64,000 nt of DNA from Candidatus Dojkabacteria bacterium (GTDB lineage Bacteria; Patescibacteriota; Dojkabacteria; JAOAGR01): NCBI GenBank assembly GCA_025999155.1, contig AP026679.1:602561-666560 (forward strand), written 5' to 3'. The notes below the pieces were generated by a model. That model ran no database searches, had not been told where the DNA came from, and saw nothing but the letters and a program-made list of their open reading frames with translations. Positions 50,167-60,237 of the stretch are shown one piece after another. Made by a program: the position numbers and the translations under genes. The first letter of the stretch is position 1. Every line of letters begins with the position of its first letter.

Positions 50167-52074
50167 TTAGATGGCACAACGTTTGAATTTCTTGAGAAGT
50201 TCGTCTGTATTTATCTCTATCATAATGGGTCGTCCGTGTGGACAATTGTAGGGATCTTCACACTCCATTAATTGTTTTAGCAAGGAAATAATTTCTGGTT
50301 TTGTGATCTTATCTCCAAATCTTACAGCCGTATGACAAGCTAATTTTGCTGCTATATTATGATAGATTTTATGATCGAGATTAGTAGAGAGATCATGTTC
50401 TGTAAGTTCGTCAGCTATAGATATAAATACTTGTTTGAAATCATCCATTCTGATGCCATCTGGTACTTGTGTTATCTTTATTGATTTACTACCAAATGCT
50501 TCAAAGCTAAATCCAAACTCTGAAAAGGTCTCCGAATGTTTCAAAAGTTCTTGAATAGTAAATTCATCAAAATCTATAATTTCAGGGACTAGTAAAACTT
50601 TTGCACTTACGGTTCGAGATTTGAGTTGGTTCATATACCTTTCGTAAAAAATTCTCTCTGATGCTGCATGCATATCGATAATCAGTAGAGCTTTTTGATT
50701 CGCTGTAATAATGTAGGAATTTAGAAGTACTGTAGCATTATCTAAATCGCATAAAAATTTTTGTTCCTTATGGGATATGCCTTCAATTTCAAAAAGAGTT
50801 GGTCTTTCTGTGTCATCTCTCTTTTGTATTGCTGTTTTTTGGGATTTTGTGTGAGTGTGGTCAGTATTTGTAGTATTATCTCTATTATCGTCAGAGATTA
50901 TTTCTTTATTGAAATCTAATGCTTTTTTCGTAATCCAGTCAGAAATGTGATTTTTACGTCCGAATGATTGTTGTATATCACTGCGTAAAAAGTCTTCAAA
51001 CTCGGCTATAGGATCGGATGGTTTATCAATATTTGATTGTGAATTATTTGGTTTTGTATCAAGCTCTGAAATTTGTACAAAATTGCTTCTCGTCTTTTCG
51101 CGAATTGTACTTGTTAGCCGATGATTCACTGTAGAACGCACTGCTTTATAAACTTCACTAGCATTAATAAAGCGTACTTCAAGTTTACGAGGATGTATGT
51201 TGACATCAACTTCATTTGGTGGGACATCAACAAAGAGCACATAACCAGGAAATTGATTTTTCATCAAAAATGTATCGTATCCTTCTAAAACAGCTTTGCC
51301 TGCAATTGGATCATTCACTGGTCTAGAATTTACAAAAATGAATTGATTCGCCTTATTTCTAAATGTGATGCGAGGATGGATCAAAAAGCCGTAGACTTTG
51401 ACTCTCCCTTCACTTTGAATAGGAATAATGTTATCTACATCTATATCTAGGACTGCGCTAATTCTTTTGATATGGTCAGTTTTTAGAAAAGTTTTTAATT
51501 GACCATCTATATTGATTACAAAATCAACTTGTGGATTGCTTACAATAAATCGATACAGCACATCTTTTATGGCTTTGTTTTCTGTAGCTGGAGACTTGAG
51601 AAATTTACGGCGTACAACAATTTCACCAAATAGATCTTCAATAATAAAATTTGATCCGATAGTAATCGAACTTGGTTTAACCCTTAAATTTCGTCCAAAC
51701 TCAATAGAAATTTCAGAACCAATGGGATCGTCCTGATGATGTGTCTGTAATGTTACTTTCGCTACAGCTGCTATCGAAGCCAGAGCTTCGCCACGAAAGC
51801 CAAATGTTATTATGTTTTCTAGATCCGCAATAGTATTGATTTTTGAAGTAGAATGTTTTTGAAATAAGTGCTGAAAATCTCTTCGTGCAATACCAGTACC
51901 GTTATCTATGACCTGGATTTTTCCTATGCCATATTTTTCAATGTTCACGCGTATTTCAGTAGCTTTAGCATCAAGACTATTTTCGACTAATTCTTTTACT
52001 ACGGATGCAGGCCTTTCTACTACTTCCCCAGCTGCGATTTGATTGATGACTTCTTTCGGTAAGGGTTTGATCAT
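50167..52074 (-). CDS. mutL: DNA mismatch repair protein MutL
   Basis: GHKL ATPase N-terminus VINQIAAGEVVERPASVVKELVENSLDA, DNGTGI; C-terminal dimerization/endonuclease domain. Confidence 0.85.
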   Translation of the reverse strand: MIKPLPKEVINQIAAGEVVERPASVVKELVENSLDAKATEIRVNIEKYGIGKIQVIDNGTGIARRDFQHLFQKHSTSKINTIADLENIITFGFRGEALASIAAVAKVTLQTHHQDDPIGSEISIEFGRNLRVKPSSITIGSNFIIEDLFGEIVVRRKFLKSPATENKAIKDVLYRFIVSNPQVDFVINIDGQLKTFLKTDHIKRISAVLDIDVDNIIPIQSEGRVKVYGFLIHPRITFRNKANQFIFVNSRPVNDPIAGKAVLEGYDTFLMKNQFPGYVLFVDVPPNEVDVNIHPRKLEVRFINASEVYKAVRSTVNHRLTSTIREKTRSNFVQISELDTKPNNSQSNIDKPSDPIAEFEDFLRSDIQQSFGRKNHISDWITKKALDFNKEIISDDNRDNTTNTDHTHTKSQKTAIQKRDDTERPTLFEIEGISHKEQKFLCDLDNATVLLNSYIITANQKALLIIDMHAASERIFYERYMNQLKSRTVSAKVLLVPEIIDFDEFTIQELLKHSETFSEFGFSFEAFGSKSIKITQVPDGIRMDDFKQVFISIADELTEHDLSTNLDHKIYHNIAAKLACHTAVRFGDKITKPEIISLLKQLMECEDPYNCPHGRPIMIEINTDELLKKFKRCAI

Positions 52075-52114
52075 TATGAATACCAGAGGATTTTACGATA
52101 TATTCGTAAAAAGT

Positions 52115-52936
52115 TTAATTATTTGTTGCTAGGCGAATCAGATTTTTAATCAATCCATACACTGTCATCGGTCCGACTCCGCCAGGAACAGGTGTGATAT
52201 GTGCAACAATACGCGATACTGTCTCAAAATCTACATCACCGCATAGTGTATTATTTTGGTCACGATTTATTCCTATGTCTATTACTGTTTGGCCTTCCGT
52301 AAAAAATGATTGAGTGAGAAATCTAGGTTTGCCGACAGCGGATATGACAATATCAGCCTCACGTGTCAAGTTAGATAAATTTTTGGTATATGAATGGCAT
52401 ATAGTAATAGTTGCATTTTTTTGTAATAGTGCAAAAGCAAGAGGTTTGCTGACTAGATTACTACGACCAATAATCACAGCATGTTTTCCCGCCACATCAA
52501 TGTTGTAATAGGAAAGAAGGTCTACTACTCCTTGGGCTGTAGCTGGCATGAAGTCAGATTCCCCAGAATAAAAGCTTCCGAGATTTTGAGTATGTAAACA
52601 ATCTACATCTTTTGTAGGATCTATATGATTTATTATTTTTCTTGCGTGTTGTATCAATGTTTCTGGAAGAGGAAGTTGGATTATAATGCCTTTTATGTTT
52701 TGATCTTCATTGAGCTTTGTTATTTCTTCGAGTATTTTTTCTAAAGGGGTGTTTGCTGCAAGATTTATTAATCGAAAACCTAATCCTAGTTCATTTAATT
52801 TTTTGGCTTTAATACGTAAATATACTTGTGATGCGGGGTTATTACCGATTAATAAGGCAGCAAGCTGTAAATTATCGCCAAATTTTGGTAGTTTTGCATA
52901 TAAATCATTTGAAGCTGCTATTCCTGACAAAATCAT
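52115..52936 (-). CDS. folD: bifunctional methylenetetrahydrofolate dehydrogenase/cyclohydrolase
   Basis: LAALLIGNNPASQVYLRIKAK, NAD(P) site VIIGRSNLVSKPLAFALL, PVPGGVGPMTV. Confidence 0.85.
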   Translation of the reverse strand: MILSGIAASNDLYAKLPKFGDNLQLAALLIGNNPASQVYLRIKAKKLNELGLGFRLINLAANTPLEKILEEITKLNEDQNIKGIIIQLPLPETLIQHARKIINHIDPTKDVDCLHTQNLGSFYSGESDFMPATAQGVVDLLSYYNIDVAGKHAVIIGRSNLVSKPLAFALLQKNATITICHSYTKNLSNLTREADIVISAVGKPRFLTQSFFTEGQTVIDIGINRDQNNTLCGDVDFETVSRIVAHITPVPGGVGPMTVYGLIKNLIRLATNN

Positions 52937-52943
52937 GATATGT

Positions 52944-53147
52944 TTACCTACTAAATAGTGCCGAACTCCCTAAAAATAGTGAAATGACGGTAATTAATAC
53001 TACAAGAATCCACAATATTTTGAATGCTAGACTTGCAGTGTATTTCTTTAATTTATTTATTAGCCTTTTTAGCCAAAGATATAATCGCTTTTTGTCTGTT
53101 TTATGTATATGTATTAGTAATGACTTCATATATTTAAATTGTCGCAA
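52944..53147 (-). CDS. small basic protein with C-terminal TM helix, hypothetical
   Basis: 67 aa; KKRLYLWLKRLINKLKK then ILWILVVLITVISLFL. Lies between pilin-like gene 4 and folD on the same strand. Confidence 0.3.
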   Translation of the reverse strand: MRQFKYMKSLLIHIHKTDKKRLYLWLKRLINKLKKYTASLAFKILWILVVLITVISLFLGSSALFSR

Positions 53148-53180
53148 AATTTTGAGAAATAAAGAGCTTCAAGTATTACA

Positions 53181-53861
53181 TTATTCACCACATGGATCAT
53201 TTCTATCGAAAGTAAGGTTAAAAACTATTGTATTTTGACAGATAAAGTTATATTCCTTACGTTCCGTATTTGCAACTCCAAATCCAAGCACCCCAACTAA
53301 GAAAAATACTAAGACAGGATAAGCGAACAAGAAACCAAACGTGGAGACGATTGATGCGACAAGACCTTTTACTGCTGTTTGTCTTTTATCTGTATTGTCT
53401 CCTGCCGTCATTATTAATACAGCAGCCTTTCCAATACTAAAGGCTAATACTAGGCCAACAATAGCGTATAGAATCATAACTATACGTACGATGATTTTTT
53501 GTAGAGTAGATGCGGAAGCACATGAGATGACCACTGGATTAATAGGATTACCTGCACTATCGAGTTGGTAACCGTAAACAACGGAACCGTTTACTCCTAC
53601 AGATACTTCAGGTCTCAGTGTAGGATTACCATAGCCATCTAAAGTTATATAAATGTTTTTTATGACATCGGGGCAGCCAGAGTTGTATATACGTCTAGCT
53701 ATTTCTTCAGCTTGGGGTGAGCTTCGATCTACCGGAGGACCATAGCTGTAGGCATATGCCGTGGAAATTTTACTTACTGTTGGAGTAATACCAAGACAAG
53801 CTAATATATTGAATATTACGAGCAGTAAGTATTTTGAATATTTACTTATATGAATTCTCAT
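53181..53861 (-). CDS. pilin-like secreted protein 4 (paralog of the 12.0-13.8 kb trio)
   Basis: Signal peptide KYLLLVIFNILACLGITPTVSKISTAYA. Hairpin IVRIVMILYAIVGLVLAFSIG-KAAVLIMTAGDNTDKRQTAVKG-LVASIVSTFGFLFAY. The loop is near-identical to protein 2 (SAAGDNVEKRQEALKQLVAS). Confidence 0.45.
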   Translation of the reverse strand: MRIHISKYSKYLLLVIFNILACLGITPTVSKISTAYAYSYGPPVDRSSPQAEEIARRIYNSGCPDVIKNIYITLDGYGNPTLRPEVSVGVNGSVVYGYQLDSAGNPINPVVISCASASTLQKIIVRIVMILYAIVGLVLAFSIGKAAVLIMTAGDNTDKRQTAVKGLVASIVSTFGFLFAYPVLVFFLVGVLGFGVANTERKEYNFICQNTIVFNLTFDRNDPCGE

Positions 53862-54027
53862 GATTGAATTTTTCTATATACTATATAATTTGATAATCTA
53901 ATTATTTCGAGTATAAAAAAGAAATGTATATAAAGCAATTCTAACATTAATTTCTCTCTTTAGTCATATGCAAGTTTTCTGTAATTTTCTTTACTTTTTT
54001 ATGGACATAACATTATATTTACAAAAT

Positions 54028-54042
54028 TTGTACTAGGTACAA
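54028..54042. promoter_or_regulatory. perfect palindrome TTGTACTAGGTACAA in the divergent promoter region between pilin-like genes 4 and 5
   Basis: 6-3-6 inverted repeat, 41 nt upstream of the 54083 start, inside a 220-nt AT-rich intergenic region. Confidence 0.3.
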
Positions 54043-54082
54043 GATTTATTGTTATTTAAAATAAATTATTCTATAATAAACC

Positions 54083-55075
54083 ATGTGGTGTGCACATAAA
54101 AATCTCCTCTTTGTTTTTTCTTTTGTTTTTATGAGCGTACTTTTTGGTGGGGTTGATTTTTCGCGGGTTTATGCACAGTCATCATTCACCGTTAATCCAT
54201 GCAAACCAACTGGTACTCAATCCAATGATGTAGCCTGTCGCTGTAAAAAAAATCAGTGTAGATTATCCAGTATGAATGCAGATGTTCTATACGTCAATTC
54301 TTCCAATTTGAGCGCAGCTGATTTCGACCCGAATTTGATAGCTGATGGGACTGTCTCAGAAACGACAGCTCTTGTAGTATCTATGCCGGGTTACGTATGT
54401 ATTGACGGGGTAGAAAAGTTAGATGCAAATACTTTTAGACTCGGAGAAGAAGGTAATAATCAAGTTCTTTCTAACTTTACCATATCTAACGTGTATGAGA
54501 CTCTGGAAACAGGTTCTGCTTCTTTACGTGCCGATTTAGATCCTAAAAATTCAGTTTATGTGGATGTCTTTGCTGATGATGTCAATAGATCATCTATACC
54601 TAAAGGTTCATTTTGTAAGCTAGATCCACAGTCGGGTGTTGCATATTGGTATTATCCGGGTTATTTTTCTGTGATTGGATTGAATCCTTCTGGTAATTCT
54701 GAGATATTTGGGCCAGGAGGTTTATGTGAAAATGTACTGTTTTCCTCAAGAGATTTGTTTGGTCAGCAAATTACTGGAACTCAAACTTTTTTTGGTTGTT
54801 TGCCGAATTCGCCAAATGGGTTAGTTGCGTTTATAGTGAGGTTAATTACTGGGTTAGCAGTTATTATAACATTTTTGATTATCCTAATTAATTTGTTGCA
54901 AATTATCTCAAATTCAACAAATCCGGATATCGTAGCTCGGGCTCAAAAGAAGATGACGAGTGCAATTATTACCTTAGTTGTAATCTTGTTTACTATTACT
55001 ATATTGAATATAATCGGCATTCAGATTATTGGTCTGGATGCTGGGGGAATATTCGGTCTATTTACGGGAGGCTAA
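54083..55075 (+). CDS. pilin-like protein 5 with an extended (about 230 aa) Cys-containing N-terminal domain
   Basis: Signal peptide LLFVFSFVFMSVLFGGVDFSRVYA, eight Cys in the N-domain. C-terminal hairpin LVAFIVRLITGLAVIITFLIILINLL-QIISNSTNPDIVARAQKKMTSA-IITLVVILFTITIL. Confidence 0.4.
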   Translation: MWCAHKNLLFVFSFVFMSVLFGGVDFSRVYAQSSFTVNPCKPTGTQSNDVACRCKKNQCRLSSMNADVLYVNSSNLSAADFDPNLIADGTVSETTALVVSMPGYVCIDGVEKLDANTFRLGEEGNNQVLSNFTISNVYETLETGSASLRADLDPKNSVYVDVFADDVNRSSIPKGSFCKLDPQSGVAYWYYPGYFSVIGLNPSGNSEIFGPGGLCENVLFSSRDLFGQQITGTQTFFGCLPNSPNGLVAFIVRLITGLAVIITFLIILINLLQIISNSTNPDIVARAQKKMTSAIITLVVILFTITILNIIGIQIIGLDAGGIFGLFTGG

Positions 55076-55116
55076 GGGTTTTCATGTTGTGGTAACAGTT
55101 TATAAGTAAAGCATAT

Positions 55117-57558
55117 ATGATTTTGTTTGATATGAGATATTTTGTTAAAATGGCTTCTAATAAAGATAAAAATATATTGAATAAGTTAAAGAGGATTTTT
55201 TGTGCAGCATTGCCAAGTAGAGGAGATTTAGTACTTTTCGGTAAATCTCTAGTGTTTTTGTTTGCAATACTTCTTGGATTGTCATTATTTTCACACCTTG
55301 CATCACCTGTAAAGGCTTTTAACTGGCCATGGGTGGAAGAAAAGGAAGTAGATTCTGCACCTGATGCTTTTTTTCAGTATATGAATTTCCAGGTGGCTGG
55401 TTGTTTCGGGTTGTCACAAGCACGTGACATAAAATATTCTGCTTTTACCGAGAATTTAGGTGTTGGTAGGAAAGTTGCTGAATATTGCCGGCAATTATCG
55501 GGTCCAAATGCTGCTTCTTCAGATCAGAAAAGTGGAATGTATGATACGGGTTTAGGGTGGATACAAATAGATTACGGAGCTACTGGTAGATTGATAAATG
55601 CTACTGCATCGGTATACGGTACGCAAGCTGTTCAGCCTGGTATGACGGTAGAATACTATGCCAAAAGGATTAGGGGGGAAGTGCTTGCTGCTGACAATCC
55701 TATGAGTGGAAGAAGCGTGTTGGCTCCTATTCTAGTACTTAATCAGAATTTGGTTAATCTTGCATACGGTTTGGTGGTTGTTGTGCTGCTTGTTTCATCT
55801 TTGAACATTTTGCTTAGCTCATTGACTGGACAGGAGGAAAAGGTAACTATAGTCCAATTAGTGATGAACGCAGGGGTAACTCTTTTGATTATTACTTTTT
55901 ATTATGAGATAGCAGCTATAATCTATGATCTAACTGTGAATTATGGCAATGCCCTGGTTGCTTCAATGATGGCCCCCTTTATCAACTCAAAAGTCATATT
56001 AGAAAGACTCTCACCTGGAGGAGATTTAGCTGTTATAAATTTACTTAATGTATACCAGTTTGTTGGTGTATCTGATGCTTTGCTCGTAGTACTACAAAGT
56101 ATAATGTCTGGTTTGTATCCTGCAATCGCACAGTCAACATCAGCGATAGGCGCTTCTTTGGGTGGTAGAGGAACTATTGATTCTCCATTCAACATCTTTG
56201 CAGGAATCTTTCAGTTTGCAGGGGGGTTAGGAGCTACAGGAGCTAGTATCTTCATTTCATCTTTTTTAGGTAATGCCGAGATATTCCAAGCTATTATTTC
56301 ATGGACCATTTTTGGCATAAATATAAAAATATTTATTAATCTATTAACTTCTTTTGTTACATTTACTATTTATGTTGGTTTTGGACCTTTGATTGCATTA
56401 GGAGGTATAGATGGTGGGTTTGCAAGGATATCCGAATCATTTAAAAAATTATTTGCATTGGGACTTGTTTTTCCGATGACCTTCTTATTTATTCTCTTAG
56501 GAGCTACGGCACTTAATCTGTCAATCAGAGAAAAGCCTTACGATGCCTCACAAGATTCTGTCAAAGCTATACCGTTGTGTAAGTATTCCCCTAGTGATCC
56601 AGCGAATACTGAGAATTCCATAATAGATAATGCTGGTTTGACTCAGTGGCTGCAAGATAGCATTGGTGGTAATCCAGATGTAGAGGATCCTGCTCGCTTT
56701 CGAAATAAAAATTTTGTTAATCAGAACATATTCGATGTAGTGCCAAAAGGGTATATAGATGGACTGAGAGATTGTAGACCCTCTTTATTTCCTGTTCCTT
56801 GGACCTTTATCCCTGCACCTTTTGGGACAGTTGGACAAAGACAGCTTCAGATACAGACAATAGATTCTTTAGTAAGAACATTCTTGGCTTTAGTGTTTAT
56901 AATACTGGCAGCCAGAGTTCCAAGTATTGTAAATGAAGCTTTGGGGGTTAGGGAAATGAATTCTTTGTCTAATATTACTTCAGCATTTGGCGCAGGAGCC
57001 AAAGGTGCCTTCGGTGCTGGAGGTACTATTTTCGCTACGGGTTTAGGTATGCTGTCTGCTGCGACTTCTGCTGCGACTAGAGTACCTATTCCTTTAGCTG
57101 GTCATTTAAATTCGGCGCGGGGGCTTGGACAAAATAGCTATCTTCAAGCTGTAGGTGGAGTCCTAGGTAGAGTTGTGCAACGTCTAAACCCAAGTTCTGT
57201 CCAGGATATAATAGCCAACTATTCAAAAAGGCAAAGTACTCCTGCTGAGATGGTTAATCAGTTCAATAGTGTTCGAAATTCTTTCTTAGGTGCTACCCCT
57301 GGGGCAGCACCTGCTGGAGTACCTACTCCTGGTACACCTGCCGCCGCTGCGGCAGGTGCTATGGATCCTGCTTATGCATCTCTGATTGCAGCTGTCCAGT
57401 TAGGTACAGCTTTCAAAGACTTGTCACAACAGACTACCGCTTTAGGGACTGTATTTAGTACATTTGGTGGTTCTATCGTTGCATTAACAACACAAATCCA
57501 AGCGTTTGCTAAAGAATTACGAGGTTTCATTGCTACAATCTCTATTGATGACGTATAA
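55117..57558 (+). CDS. large polytopic membrane protein, VirB6/TrbL-like by architecture
   Basis: 813 aa: signal/TM, about 180-aa extracytoplasmic domain, 6 or more TM helices, Gly/Ala/Pro-rich C-terminal region (GAGAKGAFGAGG, PGAAPAGVPTPGTPAAAAAGA). Confidence 0.35.
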   Translation: MILFDMRYFVKMASNKDKNILNKLKRIFCAALPSRGDLVLFGKSLVFLFAILLGLSLFSHLASPVKAFNWPWVEEKEVDSAPDAFFQYMNFQVAGCFGLSQARDIKYSAFTENLGVGRKVAEYCRQLSGPNAASSDQKSGMYDTGLGWIQIDYGATGRLINATASVYGTQAVQPGMTVEYYAKRIRGEVLAADNPMSGRSVLAPILVLNQNLVNLAYGLVVVVLLVSSLNILLSSLTGQEEKVTIVQLVMNAGVTLLIITFYYEIAAIIYDLTVNYGNALVASMMAPFINSKVILERLSPGGDLAVINLLNVYQFVGVSDALLVVLQSIMSGLYPAIAQSTSAIGASLGGRGTIDSPFNIFAGIFQFAGGLGATGASIFISSFLGNAEIFQAIISWTIFGINIKIFINLLTSFVTFTIYVGFGPLIALGGIDGGFARISESFKKLFALGLVFPMTFLFILLGATALNLSIREKPYDASQDSVKAIPLCKYSPSDPANTENSIIDNAGLTQWLQDSIGGNPDVEDPARFRNKNFVNQNIFDVVPKGYIDGLRDCRPSLFPVPWTFIPAPFGTVGQRQLQIQTIDSLVRTFLALVFIILAARVPSIVNEALGVREMNSLSNITSAFGAGAKGAFGAGGTIFATGLGMLSAATSAATRVPIPLAGHLNSARGLGQNSYLQAVGGVLGRVVQRLNPSSVQDIIANYSKRQSTPAEMVNQFNSVRNSFLGATPGAAPAGVPTPGTPAAAAAGAMDPAYASLIAAVQLGTAFKDLSQQTTALGTVFSTFGGSIVALTTQIQAFAKELRGFIATISIDDV

Positions 57559-57566
57559 GATCTTCT

Positions 57567-60227
57567 ATGAATCCTGCTACAGGTGGCGAACAAAATGGTA
57601 ACCCGATAGGACCTGCACAGATTCCTGGCGGAGTATCGGGTTCGAATGTCGGTAGTCAGCCAAAAGGATGGAGTCCCTGGGTTAATTCAGGAGGACTAGC
57701 GGCTGGATCTGGACAAAAGAACTCACCACAGGATAATCCCCCCCAACAGAATACACCACAAAGCAACTTTACATCAGCAGTGTTACAGAAGTTGCAAGAA
57801 CAAAATGAGCTACTTGCAAACTCCGGCTCACCAAATACTGAGCGACCAGAGACTCATCTATTGAACAATTCTCTACAAGGATCTGGCTATCCATTCGGGT
57901 CAGGATGGGGACCCAATGACTCTGCACCAAAAGGATTAGGGGTTGATTCGTCGCAACCAAGAACAAGAGGGCGTCTAAGTCCAGAGGTCCCATCTAATAC
58001 ATTCGGCACTTCCATACGACAAGTTCCATCAGTTACCGGCCTAGGATTGCAACCAGCAGCAAGCTTGCAACTTCCAACTGTTCGTTCGGGAAATCCTCCA
58101 CAAGCTGAAGCAAATACTCAAGGCGGAGATACTAAGGATCCATACAACGTCGCATATCTGCAAAGATTAAATCTTGATGGACTTCGCGGCGGAGGATCGG
58201 CTGAGTCAAGATTTAAACGTTTTGCTTCTGCAGCTAATCTTGGTGAAAAACCACCACCTATACTAAGATCATCACAGATCACCTTAGAACAAGGACAACA
58301 GCCATCTGATACACATACAACTAATTCAAATGTTTCGAGTGTGGGGGCGTTCGGTTCTGAATCAGTTGAAGCAACAGTTAATGCTGGGTCTCTTGCGGAT
58401 TCTATTGATACTAAATCTGAAGGAGATGTTGAGAAGCGTAGAAGTGCAGGATCAGCAAGAGGGAGACAGGTAGCAAGAAGAAAAAGATCAGCAGCAAGCA
58501 GAGTGGGAGTAGCAAATACGGTATATATGCCATCACTTAGTCCACACGGTGGTACAACATTGGGGGGGCAAGGAGTTGATACACCTACTGTAACGAGTTC
58601 AGAAATTCAGGGTACAGGTAGGCAACGTTCTTCTCTCCTTGTCCAGGGTGGAGAAGCAAGAGCTGGGTACGGGCCTATGTCAGACGTTTGGGAAGAGCCC
58701 ATATCTGAGGCTTGGAAACAGCCCGAGTCGGACGCTTGGCAACAGGGAGATCCTAAAACTGTTGCAGGACAGTCTCCTTCGGATGCTCCTTCCCGGGATG
58801 TAGATGTACAGCAACTTAAGACTCAAATCGATGGTGCGCAACAAATTGGACAACGGACACGATCAACAGCCTCCAATCTAGGTCAAGGTCTTGCCTCTAC
58901 AGGAAATAAAGCATCCCGAGCTCTTAAAACCGCAGCGACAGCTAGTAGGACAGCGCTTGTTGCAGGTAGGGCAGCGGTCTCCGCCATCGGAGCTGCACTA
59001 GCAACTCCTCAGGGTTGGTTCATTTTACTAGTGATTATTGTGTTGATACTTATAATAATAATTATTATAGTAGTGATCATACAGAGCTCTCAATCGAATT
59101 CAATTGCTGCAACTAATGAGGTAGCTCGCGAAACTGTACAAGCAACTATCAGTTCTGCTGCTTTTTCTGTTCTTGGCCCCAGTATCGGGCGTAATATACA
59201 GGTCCCCTTGGTTGCTAATTCTGATGGTGTAGAGAAAGACTCGAGTGATGCTGTCAGAAAAATATATGTTAGAGCTTTCCATCAATTAAGCGCTGATTCT
59301 AAAATTCAAGATTATAAGCTGACTTTACGAGTTAGTTTTCCTAACTCCTTAAATTTGTTAACACCGGAAGGGAAAGTTCTCGACAGAAACTCAAGTATCA
59401 TGACATTTAATGTTATAGGTGTGAGTAGTTTTGCTGTGATTGGCACAGATGCTGTGCGATGGGAATGTTCAAATGCTTGTAAAAGTACTGATATCGAAAT
59501 TATATTTACGAGTCCTATCGATCTTGCTAGCAGTGGCGGGCAAATATTACTGACTCTGGTTGCTTCAGATTTAAAGGATCAGCAAGGGGTTGTACTGCCA
59601 ACTACACAGATACGGGAGCTATGCTATGATGTTACTAATGTAGCAGGGTGTACGACAGCTACCCGATATGGTTCGGGTTCTGTAAGTGGAGGGGTATCAG
59701 GCCAACAGAATACCGGTTACACATCTGATGGTGTGTTACAGGTATGTCCTATGGATGTGAAAATCAATACTGGTGGCATAATATGTACTTCTGGAATGAA
59801 AGATAAAAGAGGCAATAAAGATCATAATGCAGTTGATATCGCTAGTGCTGATAATCAAGGGTTTTTGACGCAAGATGTAGTATCCCCAGTGACAGGTATA
59901 ATTGTGGCTATGTCTGATCCAAAATCAGAATTGCGTATAGGAGGAAGATGGTATCAGATTCAGGACGCTCAAAGGCCAGAATATACTTATGTAATTGCTC
60001 ATTTACAGCCTAATACAGAACCACAAGGTAGAGCATTTAATAAGGGAACAAGAATACAAGCAGGACAAATATTAGGAAAACCTTTTTATGCTACATCCGG
60101 ATATGACCGCCAATATTGGTCTGGACCTCATGTACACTTCCAGGTTCGACGAAATGGACAGGCCATCGATCCTGCTCCAGCCATAAGAGAAAAATGTGGT
60201 TGGCAGAATTTCAGATGTCCTAATTAA
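57567..60227 (+). CDS. bitopic cell-wall hydrolase: about 480-aa G/P/Q/S-rich disordered N-terminus, TM, extracytoplasmic domain ending in an M23 (LytM) peptidase
   Basis: TM GWFILLVIIVLILIIIIIIVVII at about aa 490. Canonical M23 order HNAVDIA ... VIAHL ... GQILG ... GPHVHFQV; paired Cys (CSNACKS, CYDV..GCTT, CPMD..ICTSG). Confidence 0.6.
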   Translation: MNPATGGEQNGNPIGPAQIPGGVSGSNVGSQPKGWSPWVNSGGLAAGSGQKNSPQDNPPQQNTPQSNFTSAVLQKLQEQNELLANSGSPNTERPETHLLNNSLQGSGYPFGSGWGPNDSAPKGLGVDSSQPRTRGRLSPEVPSNTFGTSIRQVPSVTGLGLQPAASLQLPTVRSGNPPQAEANTQGGDTKDPYNVAYLQRLNLDGLRGGGSAESRFKRFASAANLGEKPPPILRSSQITLEQGQQPSDTHTTNSNVSSVGAFGSESVEATVNAGSLADSIDTKSEGDVEKRRSAGSARGRQVARRKRSAASRVGVANTVYMPSLSPHGGTTLGGQGVDTPTVTSSEIQGTGRQRSSLLVQGGEARAGYGPMSDVWEEPISEAWKQPESDAWQQGDPKTVAGQSPSDAPSRDVDVQQLKTQIDGAQQIGQRTRSTASNLGQGLASTGNKASRALKTAATASRTALVAGRAAVSAIGAALATPQGWFILLVIIVLILIIIIIIVVIIQSSQSNSIAATNEVARETVQATISSAAFSVLGPSIGRNIQVPLVANSDGVEKDSSDAVRKIYVRAFHQLSADSKIQDYKLTLRVSFPNSLNLLTPEGKVLDRNSSIMTFNVIGVSSFAVIGTDAVRWECSNACKSTDIEIIFTSPIDLASSGGQILLTLVASDLKDQQGVVLPTTQIRELCYDVTNVAGCTTATRYGSGSVSGGVSGQQNTGYTSDGVLQVCPMDVKINTGGIICTSGMKDKRGNKDHNAVDIASADNQGFLTQDVVSPVTGIIVAMSDPKSELRIGGRWYQIQDAQRPEYTYVIAHLQPNTEPQGRAFNKGTRIQAGQILGKPFYATSGYDRQYWSGPHVHFQVRRNGQAIDPAPAIREKCGWQNFRCPN

Positions 60228-60237
60228 AAAATTCACT

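Noticed and set aside
52984-53238. Plus-strand 84-aa ORF
   Set aside because: Antisense to the small TM gene and the 3' end of pilin-like gene 4; low-complexity Ile/Phe/Leu content.
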